A DNA stretch of 64,000 bases, taken from assembly GCA_030390025.1 (NCBI GenBank), contig CM059431.1, positions 157,544,001-157,608,000 on the forward strand. Reading direction: 5' to 3'. Below are positions 51,020 to 63,077 of the stretch, piece by piece. The first letter of the stretch is position 1; each line of letters starts with the position of its first letter. The translations under genes and the position numbers were made by a program. The notes below the pieces were generated by a model. That model ran no database searches. It saw only the letters and a program-made list of their open reading frames with translations, and had not been told where the DNA came from. The DNA is from Squalus acanthias (Eukaryota).

Positions 51020-52413
51020 GACTCGCCCAGTTTGACACGTGGGCGAAGAGTTAGACATGTTTATCTCCATCTCCCCGTCTCCGCTCAGTGTCATGTTGCC
51101 TCCCGAATCTCTGCCGATCTTTCTCATAACTCTAGGTTTGAATCTCTCCAATCGGGTTTACGCTCCTGCCACAGCACTGAATTGGCTTTAATCAAAGTTA
51201 CAAATGAAACCTTCTATGACTGATCGTGATTAAGTACCCCTCCTCATTCTTCTCGGCTTCTGCAATCTTTGACACGGTCGAGCACAACATCATCCAACGC
51301 CTCTCCTCCGTTGTCCAGCTCAGTGTGGCTGCCCTCGCTTGGTTCCACTTTTAACCAACCAGTCGTACCCAGAGAAACTTCATCATGGGCTTATCTTCCT
51401 GCTCCGAGATTGTTAACACTGGAGTCCCCCACTGGTCGCCCCTCGCCCCCTCCTATTTCTCTTCTACATGGAGACATTGTCCGAAGAAAAGTGATCAGCT
51501 ATCACATGCACGCTGATAACACACTGCTCCACATCTCCACCACCTCTATCCACCCATCCACTCCCTCTGCTGTCTCACGCTGCTTGTCCGAAACCCAGTC
51601 TGAGATGAAATACATATTTCTCAAATTAAACATTTGGAAGACCGAAGACATGATCTTCAGGCCTCGCCACGAATTCTGTTCCCTCGCCAATGATGCCTTC
51701 CCCGTCCCAGACAGTGTTTCGGATTGAATCAGACTGTTTACAACCTCAGAATTTGATTAACGTCAAGCTGAGCTTCCGACCCGATATTCTCTGCATCACA
51801 AAGACCGCCTAAATCCAATCCGTAGTATTATCAATCTTCGCCCCTGCATCAGCCCAGCTGCTGCTGAAATCCTCATCCATGGTTTTTTCACCCGGTGACT
51901 CGATTTTTCCAATGCTCTCTGAGTCACTTTACTCCTTTCACTCTTCGTAAATTTAAACGAATGAAAATCGCTGCTGCGATCACCCCGTCCTTGTGAACCT
52001 ACTTTGGCTCCCGATCCCTCGACACATCCAAATGAAAACTCCCATCGTCGAGTTTATCTCCCTCAATGGGATCATTGCTCGCCTTCTCTGTAACCTCCTC
52101 CTGACCTACAATCCCCAAACTCTCTGTTCCTCCGACTCTGGCCTCTTGTGCATTTCATTCTCCTCCCCCCATCTATGGAGGCTGTGCCTTCGGCTGTCCC
52201 GGCTCAATGCTTATCAATTCCCCACCTAACAATCTCCTCCTCCCTCCTCCTTTAAGACACTCCTAAAACTCTCTTATTTGATTCATCTTTGACCAGCCTT
52301 CCTTCTACCCACTTTATTCAGCGTCCACCTTTTGTCTGATTCAGCTCCTGTGAGGCGCCTTGCGATGTTTTTAGATGTTAAAAGCGCTGCAGAAATGTAA
52401 GATGTTGTTGTTG
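51020..52413 (+). mobile_element. L2-clade LINE (degraded RT to 3' tail)
   Basis: ESLQSGLRSCHSTELALIKVTNE, HMHADNT, LKLNIWKTE; tail AAATGTAAGATGTTGTTGTTG. Confidence 0.85.
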
Positions 52414-52689
52414 TGAGTTTATTGTACTCGTGCCAGCCTGAGTGACACAGCAGATAACTGAATCTTAAAAGGTTTCAAACATGGTTACAACTTAATTCTG
52501 GAGAATAACTTCAACTATATTGTGGATAATTTACTGATCCTAAACTGGATCACTTTTACATTTCCACAGTGGGGAAAGGAAAGGACGCTGACTGATAGTT
52601 TTACTGGACTCACGTGCTTGGGCAAACTCACAGCGAGACACGTGGATAAGTGGAGAATATTCACTGTAAAATAGCATTCAAATCTACCA

Positions 52690-55142
52690 CTTATAGTAGT
52701 GATAATGGGGGACTTAATTATCCTAATATAGACTGGGATAGAAATAGTGAAAATGACAGAGAGGGGGAAGAATGTCTGAAGTGTGTCCAGGAGAACTTTT
52801 TTGATTAGTACGTTTCCGACCCAACGAGGAAGGAGGCATTGCTGGATCTGGTTTTGGGGAATGAGGGGGGTCAAGTGGAGCAAGTGTCAGTAGGGGAACA
52901 TTTAGCGATCAGTGATCACAGTATCATAAGGTTTAGATTAGCTGTGGAAAATGACAAGGTGCAGCCTAGAGTAAAAATTGGAACTGGCCCGGGTAAATTG
53001 GAATCAAATATTGGCAGACAAAATTGTAATCGAACAATGGGCTGCGTTTAAAGAGGAGATGGTTCGGTAACAGTCGAGGTAAATTCCCACGGGTGGGGGG
53101 GGGGGGGGGAGGAAGGTAGGGCAACCAAAAGCAGAGCTCTCTGGATGACGAAAGAGACAGAGTAAGATGAAGCAGAAAAATGATGTCAGGTTGAACCAGG
53201 CTCAATATAGAAAGTTCAGAGGCGAAGCGAAAAAGGAAATAAGAGGGGCAAAGAGAGATTATGAAAATAGACTGGCAGGTAACATAAAAGGAAATCCAAA
53301 AGTATTCTATAGACATATAAATAATAAAAAGGTAGTAAGAGGAGGGGTGGGGCCGATTAGGGACAAAAATGGAGACCTACGGATGGAGACAGAGGGAATT
53401 GCTGAGGTACTAAATCAGTATTTTGCTTGTATCTTTACCAAGGAAGAAGATGCTGCCAAACTCATAGTGAAAGAGTAGGCATTTGAGATACTAGATAGGA
53501 TAAAATTAGATAAGGAAAGTTACTAGAAAGGTTGGCTGTACTTAAAGTAGATAATTCACCAGGACCGGTTGGGATGCATATTAGGATGCTATGGGAGGTA
53601 AGGGTGGAAATTGCGGATGTACATAATCTTCCATATCTTCCAATCGTCCTTGGATACGGGGCTGGTGCCAGAGGACTGGAGAATTGCAAATGTTACACAC
53701 TTGTTCAAAAAAGGGTGTAAGGATAAACCCAGCAACGACAGACCAGTCAGTTTAACCTCGGTAGTGGGGAAGCTTTTAGAAACGATAATCCGGGGCAAAA
53801 TTAACAGTCACTTGGACAAGTAAGATTAATTAAGGAAAGCCAGCACAAATTTGTTAAAGGCAAATAGTGTTTAATCACTTGATTGAGCTTTTTGATGAGG
53901 TAACAGAGAGGGTTGATGAGGGCAATGTGGTTGATGTGGTGTACATGGACTTCCAAAAGGCGTTTGCTAAAGTATCACATAATAGGCTTGGCAGCAAAGT
54001 TGAAGCCCCTGGAATAAAAGGGACAGTGGCAGCATGAATACGAAATTGGCGAAGTGATAGGAAACAGGGAGTAGTGGTGAACGTTTGTTTTCCGGAATGG
54101 AGGAAGGAACACAGTGGTGTTCCCCAGGGGTTGGTAATAGGACCACTGCTTTTCTTGATAAATATTAATGACTTAGACTTAGTTGTACAGGGCACAGTTT
54201 CAAAATTTTGCAGATAACACAAAACTTGTAGGTACAGCGAACAGTGAGAGGAGATTGATAGATTTGCAGAGGACATAGACAGGCTGAGGGAATGAGTGGC
54301 CACGTGGCAGATGAAATTTATTGCAGAAAAGTGCGAAATTATACATTCTGATTGGAAGAACGAGGAGAGGTAATATAAACTAAAGGGTACAGCTCTAAAG
54401 GGTGTGCATGAACAGAGAGACCTGGGGTATACGTGAACAAATCGTTGAATATGGAAGGTCATGTTGAGAAAGCAGTTACATAAGCATGCCGGATCCCGGG
54501 GTTCATAAATAGAGGTATAGAGTTCAAACGCAAGAATGTTATGATGAACATTTATACAAAAACTGGTTCGGCCTCAACTGGAGTATTGAGTCCAATTCTG
54601 GGCATCGCACTTTAGGAAGGATGTGTGGGCGTTAGAGAAGGTGCACAGAAGATTTATGAGAATGGTTCCAGGGATAAGGGACTTCAGGTACATAGATAGA
54701 CTGGAGAAGCTAGGGTTGTTCGCCTTAGAGCAGAGAAGTTTGAGAGGCGATTTCACAGAGGTGTTCGAATTCATGAGGGGTCTTTACAGCGTAGATAGAG
54801 AGAAACTGCTCCCATTGGCGGAAGGGTCGAGAACCAGAGGACAGAGATTTACGAGGATTGGCAGAGGAATCAAAGGCGACATGAGGAAAAACTTTTTTAC
54901 GCAGCGAGTGGTTAGGATCTGGAATACACTGGCTGAAACGGTGGTGGAGGCCGATTCAATCGTGATTTTCAAAATGGAATTGGATTAGTACCCGATGGAA
55001 AAAAAATGCAGGGCTGCGGGAAAAGGGCGGGGGGGTGGGACTAGCTGAAGTGCTCTTGCAGAGAGTCGGCACGGGCTCGACGGGCCGAATGGCCTCCATA
55101 TGTGCTGTAAACATTCTATGATTCTATCTTTCTATGATTCTA
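52690..55142 (+). mobile_element. CR1 ORF2 (APE part to 3' tail), degraded
   Basis: LDLVLGNE..SDH, NPKVFY, RPVSLTSVVGKLLE, FFTQRVVRIWN; (ATTCTATG)n tail. Confidence 0.92.
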
Positions 55143-55803
55143 CATTGCAAGGGCTCATTAGTCAGGTGCTGACACCATGAGAGATATGATCAATATATTC
55201 ATATAGAAACACCAACCAGGACACATCTCCATGAACACACGAACAATGTCACTGCCCATAGAGACTAGAGGGATCACAACCAGCTATATATTGTGTAGGT
55301 GGATAGATAGCATTTTCATAAAATAGCAGAATTTAATATCAAAAATCAACAATCAAAAATATTAAAAACCAACCTGTAAATAAAAATGATCCAACACTGC
55401 CACACTGTAATACCTAGTGAAGGATCATTTAATACATCAATGATCACCCGCTCGTTATTTCCCTGCAGAATATTCTCTACCTCAGTAATAAGGCTGGTTT
55501 TGTCCTGCACTATGTGAGTAAATCTCACGAATGGACACTCCCAGTGCAGAGTCTCGGCCGACGGGAGCCTGTCTGGAACTCGGTTGTGGAGATCAGCGGG
55601 ACTCACTGGATTTCACTGGGCAGCTGTCTGTGTCACACCTGATGTGGAGAGTTAACCGTAACACTCGGGAAATGCTCGATCCCAGAGCTAACGGCTGTTG
55701 TACTGATGGGAGAGGAGGGACCTGATATCATGTTTAACCAAGCATCGTTTCCTTCTCATTTTAATGTTTCCGTCTAACCCTCCTATTAATATATTTATTA
55801 CAG

Positions 55804-55896
55804 ACCATCCGAATCTGGGAACGCCTGCCACCAGCATGGCTGAAGGTCCAAACAGGGGAGAAGATACAACATCTTCAAGAATGAGAATGGACACAG
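55804..55896 (+). CDS. Putative 93-nt symmetric phase-1 exon (DHPNLGTPATSMAEGPNRGEDTTSSRMRMDT); recalled as resembling shark NACHT-LRR protein N-termini
   Basis: Branch point CTAAC at about 55774, acceptor TTTATTACAG|, donor ACAG|GTGGGT, internal strong-Kozak ATG at 55836. The family assignment is from memory and unverified. Confidence 0.6.
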
Positions 55897-55974
55897 GTGG
55901 GTTCACAATATTCTTTAAATATAATTTCTGTCCTTACAAATGGTACAGATCTCGTGCAAGAGCCTGAGGTCACA

Positions 55975-56300
55975 CAGGAAGAGGAAACTTATTATAAGAA
56001 ATAGTAATACGTCATTCGACCCTTCGAGCCAGCTCTCTAATTAGTATCCAATAATCTATCGATCTTTGTCTTGAAAATAGTCAACAACTGGGCATCCACA
56101 TTGTCTGTGGTAGAGAATTCAAAGATTCACGACTATTTGAGTGAAGATATTTCTCCTCGCTTTAGTCCTAAATGTCTGACCCCCTTATTCTTTGACTCTG
56201 ACCCCTAGTACTAGACTCGCCAGGCAGTGGAAACATCCTACCAGCAGCTACGCTGTCAAGCTCCTTAAGAATTTTATGTTTCAATGAAATCACCTCATGG
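55975..56300 (-). mobile_element. CR1 3' fragment (old)
   Basis: KILKELDSVAAGRMFPLPGESSTRGQSQRIRG. Confidence 0.8.
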
Positions 56301-56699
56301 AACTGGGCAGGTGCTGAGTACAAAGCGGGAAGTGAGTGAACATCTAGAGGGGCACTGCAGTCACAGGTGGAGTGAGCCTCTGAGCACTGGAACTGTCCAA
56401 TAGATGCCTGGTATTGGGGACTATAAGGTGGATAGAGACAGTGAATCATAGGAATGTCTTCCTAAACAACAGTGTGACACCAGGGAGCAGGAGGCCACCT
56501 CGAGTGTTGGGGGGCAAGAGGTTCAGAGCAATTTACCAAAAAGAATAGGAGAACGATAAAAGTGTCTGATTCGATAGTTTGGGGAATACACAACTTCTGG
56601 TGCCAGATGGAAATAAATGTTAGAACGGGTGTGACCTTTTCTGGAAAGGCAAGGAGAGCAGAAAATACTTCTGGTCAAAACCAATAACACAACTTGAAA

Positions 56700-57405
56700 T
56701 AGATTTTTTTTTAATGTTCAAGTTGCGAGTGTCACTGGCAAGTTCAGCATTTATTGTCCATTCCTGGTTGCCCTTGAATAGGTGGTGGTAGGCTACCTTC
56801 TTGAATCGCTGCAGTCCACATGGTGAAGGTGCTCCTTCAATGCTTTTAGGTAGGGAGTTCCAAGGTTGAGATTTTCAGCGACAATGAAGAAGCAGTGATG
56901 TCCACTGTCCAACTTAAAATGTTGTGTTATTTTAAGGGGAACCTGGAGGTGATGGTGTTCCCTTGCACCTGCTTCCCTCGTCCTTCTAATGTTAAATGTC
57001 GTGGGTTTGGGTGGTGCTGTCAAATGATGGCTTGGCGAGTTACTTGAGTGCATCTGTAGACAGCACACTGTAGCCACGGTACGCCAGTGGTGAAGGGTGT
57101 GAATATTTAACCCAATGGATGGGGTGCTGATCAGGCAGAATGTTTTATGCTGAATTGTGTCGAGCTTCATGAGTGTCGTTGCAATTGCACTCGTCCAGAC
57201 AAATGGAGAGTATTCCGACCTGACGTGCCTAGTAGGCGGGGTAAAGAATTTGGGATGAGGAGGTGAGCCACTCGAGACAGAATACCCAGCCTCTGGCCTG
57301 CTCCAGTAGATACGCTTTTTATGTGGCTGATCCAGTACAATTATTGGATGATGTGGGGGACTTGGCGATGGTAATGTCGTTGACTCTCATGGGAATGTGG
57401 TTGAG
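56700..57405 (-). mobile_element. 3' part of the second LINE family
   Basis: KLDTIQHKT..HTLHHWRTVATV; A-tail at about 56704-56712; homologous to 24700-25222. Confidence 0.85.
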
Positions 57406-57419
57406 GAGATGGAGATGAC

Positions 57420-59877
57420 AAGGGAAAGGTAACATAATGATTATGTTACTGGACGAGTCATCTGCAACTGGAGAATTTAAATTCAGCTAATTAAATAAAT
57501 CTGAAATAAAAAGCTACGATCAGTAATGGTGACCATGAAACGGCCGGATTGTCGTAAAAAAACATCTGGTTGACGAACGACTTTTAGGGAAGGAACTCTG
57601 CTGTCCATAGCTGCTCTGGCGTATACGTGACTCCCAACTGCCCTCTGAAATGCCCTAACAAGCCACTCAGTTTCAACAAACCGCTACAGAAAACAATAAA
57701 AAGAAGAACAAAAACGGACGGACCACACAGCATCGACCTCGGCACTGGCTTTGGATGCGAAAATTGCACAACGAGCCCAGTCGACCTTGCAAAGTCCGCC
57801 TCATTAACATCTGGGGAAGTGTGTCAAAATTTGGAGAGCTGTCCCACAGAATAGGCAACCAACAGCCTGATATAGTCATACTCACAGAATCATAGCTTTC
57901 AGCCAATAACCCAGAATCCACCATCATCACCAGATGAGGCGGTACATTGGTATACAGTCAGGAAGGAGTGGTCCGAGGAGAATTGGACATTGACTCCAGA
58001 CCCCACGAAATCTCATGGCACAGGTCAAGCATGGGCAAGGAAACCTCCTGGCGATTACCATCTACCGCCCTCCCTCAGCTGATGAATCAGTACTTCTCCA
58101 TGTTGAACACCACTTGCATGAAGCACTGAGATTACCAAGGGCACAGAATGTAATCTGGGTGGGGTCTTCAATGTCCATCATCAAGAGTGGCTCGGTAGCG
58201 CCACTGCTGGCCTTGTACTGAAGGACGTAGATGTCACGCTGGGCCTGTGGCAGATGGTGAAAGAACCAACACGAGCGAAAAACCTAATGGAATTCGGCCT
58301 CACCAATCTACCTGTCGCAGATGCATCTGTCCATGACAGTATTGGTAGCAGTGACTATCGCATAGTCATTGTGGAGACGAAGTCCCATCCTCACACTGAG
58401 GACACCCTCCATCGTGTTGTGTGGCACTACCAATGTGCTAAATGGGATAGATTGAGAACGGATCTAGGAGCTCAAAACTGGGTATCCATGAGGCTCTGTG
58501 GGACATCAGCAGCAGCAGAATTGTACTTCATGACAATCTGTAACCTCATGGCCCGGCATATCCCTCACTTTGCCATTATCATCAAGCCAGGGGACCAAAC
58601 CTGGTTCAATGAAGAGTGCAGAAGAGTTTGCCAGGAGCAATAGCATGAGTACCTAAAAATGAGGTGCCAACCTGGGGATGCTGCAACACAGGACTACTTG
58701 CATGCTAAACAGCAGAAGCAGCATGCTACAGACATAACTAATCGATTCAACAACCAGCGGATCAGAACAAAGCTCTGCAGTCCTGCCACATCCGTCGTGA
58801 ATGGTGGTGGACAATTCAACAATTATCAGAAGGAGGAGGCTCCATAAATATCCCCATCCTCAATGATGGAGTAGCCCAGCGCGGAAGTGCAAAAGACAAG
58901 GCTGAAGTGTTCGCAACCATTTTCAGCCTCCTCCGGAGGTCGCCACCATCACAGAAACCAGTCTTCAGGCAATTTCATTCACTCCACGTGATTTCAAGAA
59001 ACGGCTGAGTGCACTGGATACATCAAAGGCTATGAGCCCCGACAACATCCCGGCTGTCGTGCTGACGACTTGTGCTCCACAACTAGCCGCACCTCTAGCT
59101 AAGCTGTTCCAGTACAGCAACAACATTAGCATCTAACCGAGATGTGAAAACTGGCCAGGTATGTCCTGTCCACAAAAAGCAGGACAAATCCAATTCTGCC
59201 ACTTACCATCCCATCAGTCTACTCGCAATGATCAGCAAAGTGATGGAAGGTGTCGTCGACAGTGCTATTAAGCGCCTCTTACTCGCCAATAACCTGCTCA
59301 GTGATGCCCAGTTTGGGTTCTGCCAAGACCACTCGGCTCCAAACCTGATTACAGCCTTTGTTCAAAGGAGCTGAATTCCAGAGATGAGGTGAGAGTGACT
59401 GCCCTTGACATCAAGGAAGCATTTGACCGAGTGTGGTGTCAAGGAGACCTAGTAAAATAGAAGTGAATGGGAATCGGGGAAATCACTCCACGAGCTGCAG
59501 TCATAGCTAGCACAAAGGAAGATGCTTGAGGTTTTTGGAGGCTAATCATCACAGCCCCAGGAAATCGCTGCAGGAGGTCCTCAGGGCAGTGTCCTGGACT
59601 CAAACATCTACAACTGCTTCATTTAATGATCTTCCCCCCTTCATAATGTCAACAATGGGGATGTTCGCTGATGATTGCACAGTGTTCAGTTCCATTCGCA
59701 ACTACTCAGATAATGAAGCAGCCCATGTCCGCATGCAGCAAGATCTTGACAACATTTAGGCTTGGCCTGATATGTGACAAGTAATATTCGGGTCCCAGAA
59801 GTGACAATCAATGACTATCTCCAACAAGCGAGATTCTAACTACTGCCCTTAACATTTAACGGCATTACCATCGCTGA
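57420..59877 (+). mobile_element. 5' and central part of the second LINE family (SINE-like 5' region, APE, RT), running into the gap
   Basis: PDIVILTES, TIYRPPSADESVL, GSSDYR, PVHKKQDKSN..YHPISLL, AQFGF, MFADDCT. Confidence 0.85.
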
Positions 59878-60077
59878 NNNNNNNNNNNNNNNNNNNNNNN
59901 NNNNNNNNNNNNNNNNNNNNNNNNNNNNNNNNNNNNNNNNNNNNNNNNNNNNNNNNNNNNNNNNNNNNNNNNNNNNNNNNNNNNNNNNNNNNNNNNNNNN
60001 NNNNNNNNNNNNNNNNNNNNNNNNNNNNNNNNNNNNNNNNNNNNNNNNNNNNNNNNNNNNNNNNNNNNNNNNNNNNN
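59878..60077. other. Assembly gap (200 N)
   Basis: Run of exactly 200 N, likely a placeholder size. Confidence 0.99.
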
Positions 60078-60310
60078 CAAATTTCTGCCCACTCACTTGC
60101 CTGTCTATGTCCTTTTACATGTTTTTTATGTCCTCCTCACTCGCTGCTTTCCCTCCCATCTTTGTATCGTCTGCAAACTTGGATACGTTGCACTTGGTCC
60201 CCTCCTCCAAATCGTTAATATAGATTGTAAAGAGTTGGGGTCCCAGCACTGACCCCTGCGGAACACCACTAGTTACTGATTGCCAACCCGAGAATGAACC
60301 ATTTATCCCA
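60078..60310 (-). mobile_element. CR1 RT fragment
   Basis: [33 protein letters not shown]. Confidence 0.9.
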
Positions 60311-60882
60311 AGAGAGAGTCCCATTGACTCAGATACACACTGGTCCTGGAGATGGACCGGGGAGAAAGGTCAGAGAGAATCCCATTGACTCAGATACACA
60401 CTGGTCCTGGAGACAGTACACAAAGGTTACAAAGTGAGGCAGGTATTGGTGAGAATGAGAGTGGTAGTGTCTGACCACCGAGCACAATTATCCAGCATGA
60501 GGCCGTGCAATGGAATGCGAAGTGAGATCAGTTTCTGTCTCTAAACACAGAGTCACAAATAAATCTTGTGTATGTTTTAAAGTAAAGGGGTATGTTTCAG
60601 AGTAAAGGGGTTTAATCTAAGAGGTGACTCTGGGGTAGAGTCTGGAGCAGAGCCCAGCAGATGAACACGTGTCTGTTTGTTAGGTGGGGCTGAACTCACA
60701 CCGACACCATCAGACCTCAGTGTTAAAATAGCTCAGATCTGGTGACAAATCAAGGGGAAAGATTGAACAGGGAAACTAATTAAAATCAATTCATTGAACA
60801 CGATTCAGAGACCAACCTATAGCCTGTGACCAGCAGATATGGAGTATTGTCAGATAGTGAATGCTGAGCACAGCGTTATTAC
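60311..60882 (+). repeat. Segmental-duplication module, copy C (partial, flanked by CR1s)
   Basis: 61-bp units followed by a paralog of 14326-14773, including GTCAGATAGTGAATG(T/C)TGAGCACAGC. Confidence 0.9.
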
Positions 60883-62838
60883 ATAAGAAATAGGAACAGG
60901 AGTAGGCCACACAGCCCCTCGAGCCTGTTCCGCCATTCAATAAGATCATATCTGATCATCGATCTCAACTCCACTCTCCCGCCCGATCCCCATATCCCTG
61001 GATTCCCCATGAGTCCAAATATCTATCTATCTCAGCCTTGAATGTACTCAAAGACTCAGCATTCACAGCCCCCTGGGGCAGAGAATTCCAAAGAGTCACA
61101 ACCCTCTGAGTGAAGAAATTCCTCCTCACCTCAGTCTTAAATGGCCTACCACTTATCCTGAGACTATGCCCCCTAGTTCTAGACACTCCAGCCAGGGGGA
61201 AACAACCTCGCAGCATTTACCCTGTCAATCCCTTCAGAATCTTGTATGTTTCAATGAAATCACCTCTCATTCTTCTGAACTCGAGAGTATAGGCCCATTC
61301 TACACAATCTCTCATGGGACTGCCCTCTCATCCCAGGAATCAATCTAGTGAACCTTCATTGCACCGCCTCCAAGGCAAGTATATCCTTCCTTAGATAAGG
61401 AGACCAAAACTGTGCACAGTACTCCAGGTGTGGTCTGACCAATGCCCTGTACAGTTGTAGCAAGACTTCTTTACTCTTATACTCCAAGCCCTTTGCAATA
61501 AAGGCCAACATACCATTGCCTTCCTTATGCTTGCTGTACCTGCATGCTAGCTTTCTGTGTTTCTTGCACGAGGACACACAAATCTCTCATCACCAACATT
61601 TGAAAGTTTCTCACCATTTAAAAAGTATTCTGTTTTTCTATTCTTCCTCACATTTCCCTACATTATACTGCATCTGCCACCTTACTGCCCACTCACTTAG
61701 TCTGTCTATATCCCTTTGCAACCTCTTTGTGTTCTCCTCACAGCTTACTGTCCCACCTAGATTTGTATCATCAGCAAACTTGGATACATTACACTTGGTC
61801 CCTTCATCTAGGTCATTAATATAGATTGTAAATAGCTGAGGCCCCAACACTGATCCTTGCGGCACCCCACTAGGTACAGCCTGCCAACCTGAAAAAGATC
61901 CGTTTATCCCTACTCTCTGTTTTCTGTCGTTAACCAATCTTCTATCCATGCTACTATATTACCCCAACCCCATGAGCCCTAATCTTGTGTAATAACCTTT
62001 TATGTGGCACCTTATCGATTGCCTTTTGGAAATCCAGATATACTACATCCACTGGTTCCCCTTTATCTACCCTGCTAGTTACATCCTCAAAAACTCTAAT
62101 TTGTCAAACACCATTTCCCTTTCATAAAACCATATTGACTCTGCCTAATCATGTTATGATTTTTAAGTGCCCTGATGCAACTTCCTTAACAATGGATTCC
62201 AGCATTTTCCCGATGACTGATGTCAGGCTAACTGGCCTGTAGTTTCCTGTTTTCTCTCTCCCTCCTTTCTTGAATAGCGGTGTTACATTTGCGACCTTCC
62301 AATCCGCTGGGACTGTTCTAGAATCTAGGGAATTTTGGAAGATCGAAACCAATGTATCCACTATCTCTTCAGCCACCTCTTTTAGAACCCTAGGATGTAT
62401 GTCATTAGGTCCAAGGGATTTGTCGGCTTTTAGTCCCATTAGTTTCTCTAGTACTTTTTCTATTCTTATATTAATTACGTTAAGTTCCTCACCATTTTTG
62501 GTATGCTTTTTGTGTCTTCTACTGTGAAGACAGATACAAAGTATTTGTTTAACGTTTCTGCCATTTCCTTATTCCCCTTAATAATTTCTCCTGTCTCAGC
62601 CTCTAAGAGACCAACGTTTACTTTTACTACTCTTCCTTTTTACGTACTTGTAGAGGCTCTTACAATCTGCTTTTATATTTCTTGCTGGTTTTCTCGCATT
62701 CTATTTTTTCCCTTATCAATTTTTTGGTCAACCTTTGCTGGTTTTTGAATCTCTCCCAATCCTCAGGCTTACTATTATTCTTTGCAACATTATAAGCTTC
62801 TTCTTTCAATCTAATGCTATCCTTAACTTCTTTAGTTA
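60880..62838 (-). mobile_element. 5'-truncated CR1
   Basis: ORFs 62149, 61638, 61356, 60965; 3' UTR at 60880-60965. Confidence 0.92.
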
Positions 62839-63077
62839 GGGCGGGGGCCTGGCCAGTGTGGGTGGGTGCGGAGTGCTGGGCCGGAGGGGGCGGGTATCCG
62901 GGCCAGTTGGCGGGGAGGGGGGGCTGAGCCAGTTTGGGGGAGGGGTGGGGGGGCTGTGCCCGTGGGGGGACGGAGGAACAACATCACTTGAATTATACAG
63001 GATCGGTCAGAAGGTAAGTTCCATGTTGCTGAGCCTCACTGCAAATAAAATATGCATTGAATGAGATGTTTGAAAGA

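Noticed and set aside
50999..51038. Extra coding exon after TATTTCAG
   Set aside because: The phase-1 reading hits TGA after four codons, the donor is weak, and it abuts an L2 element.
59836..60096. ORFs spanning the X-run
   Set aside because: Artefacts of the 200-N gap.
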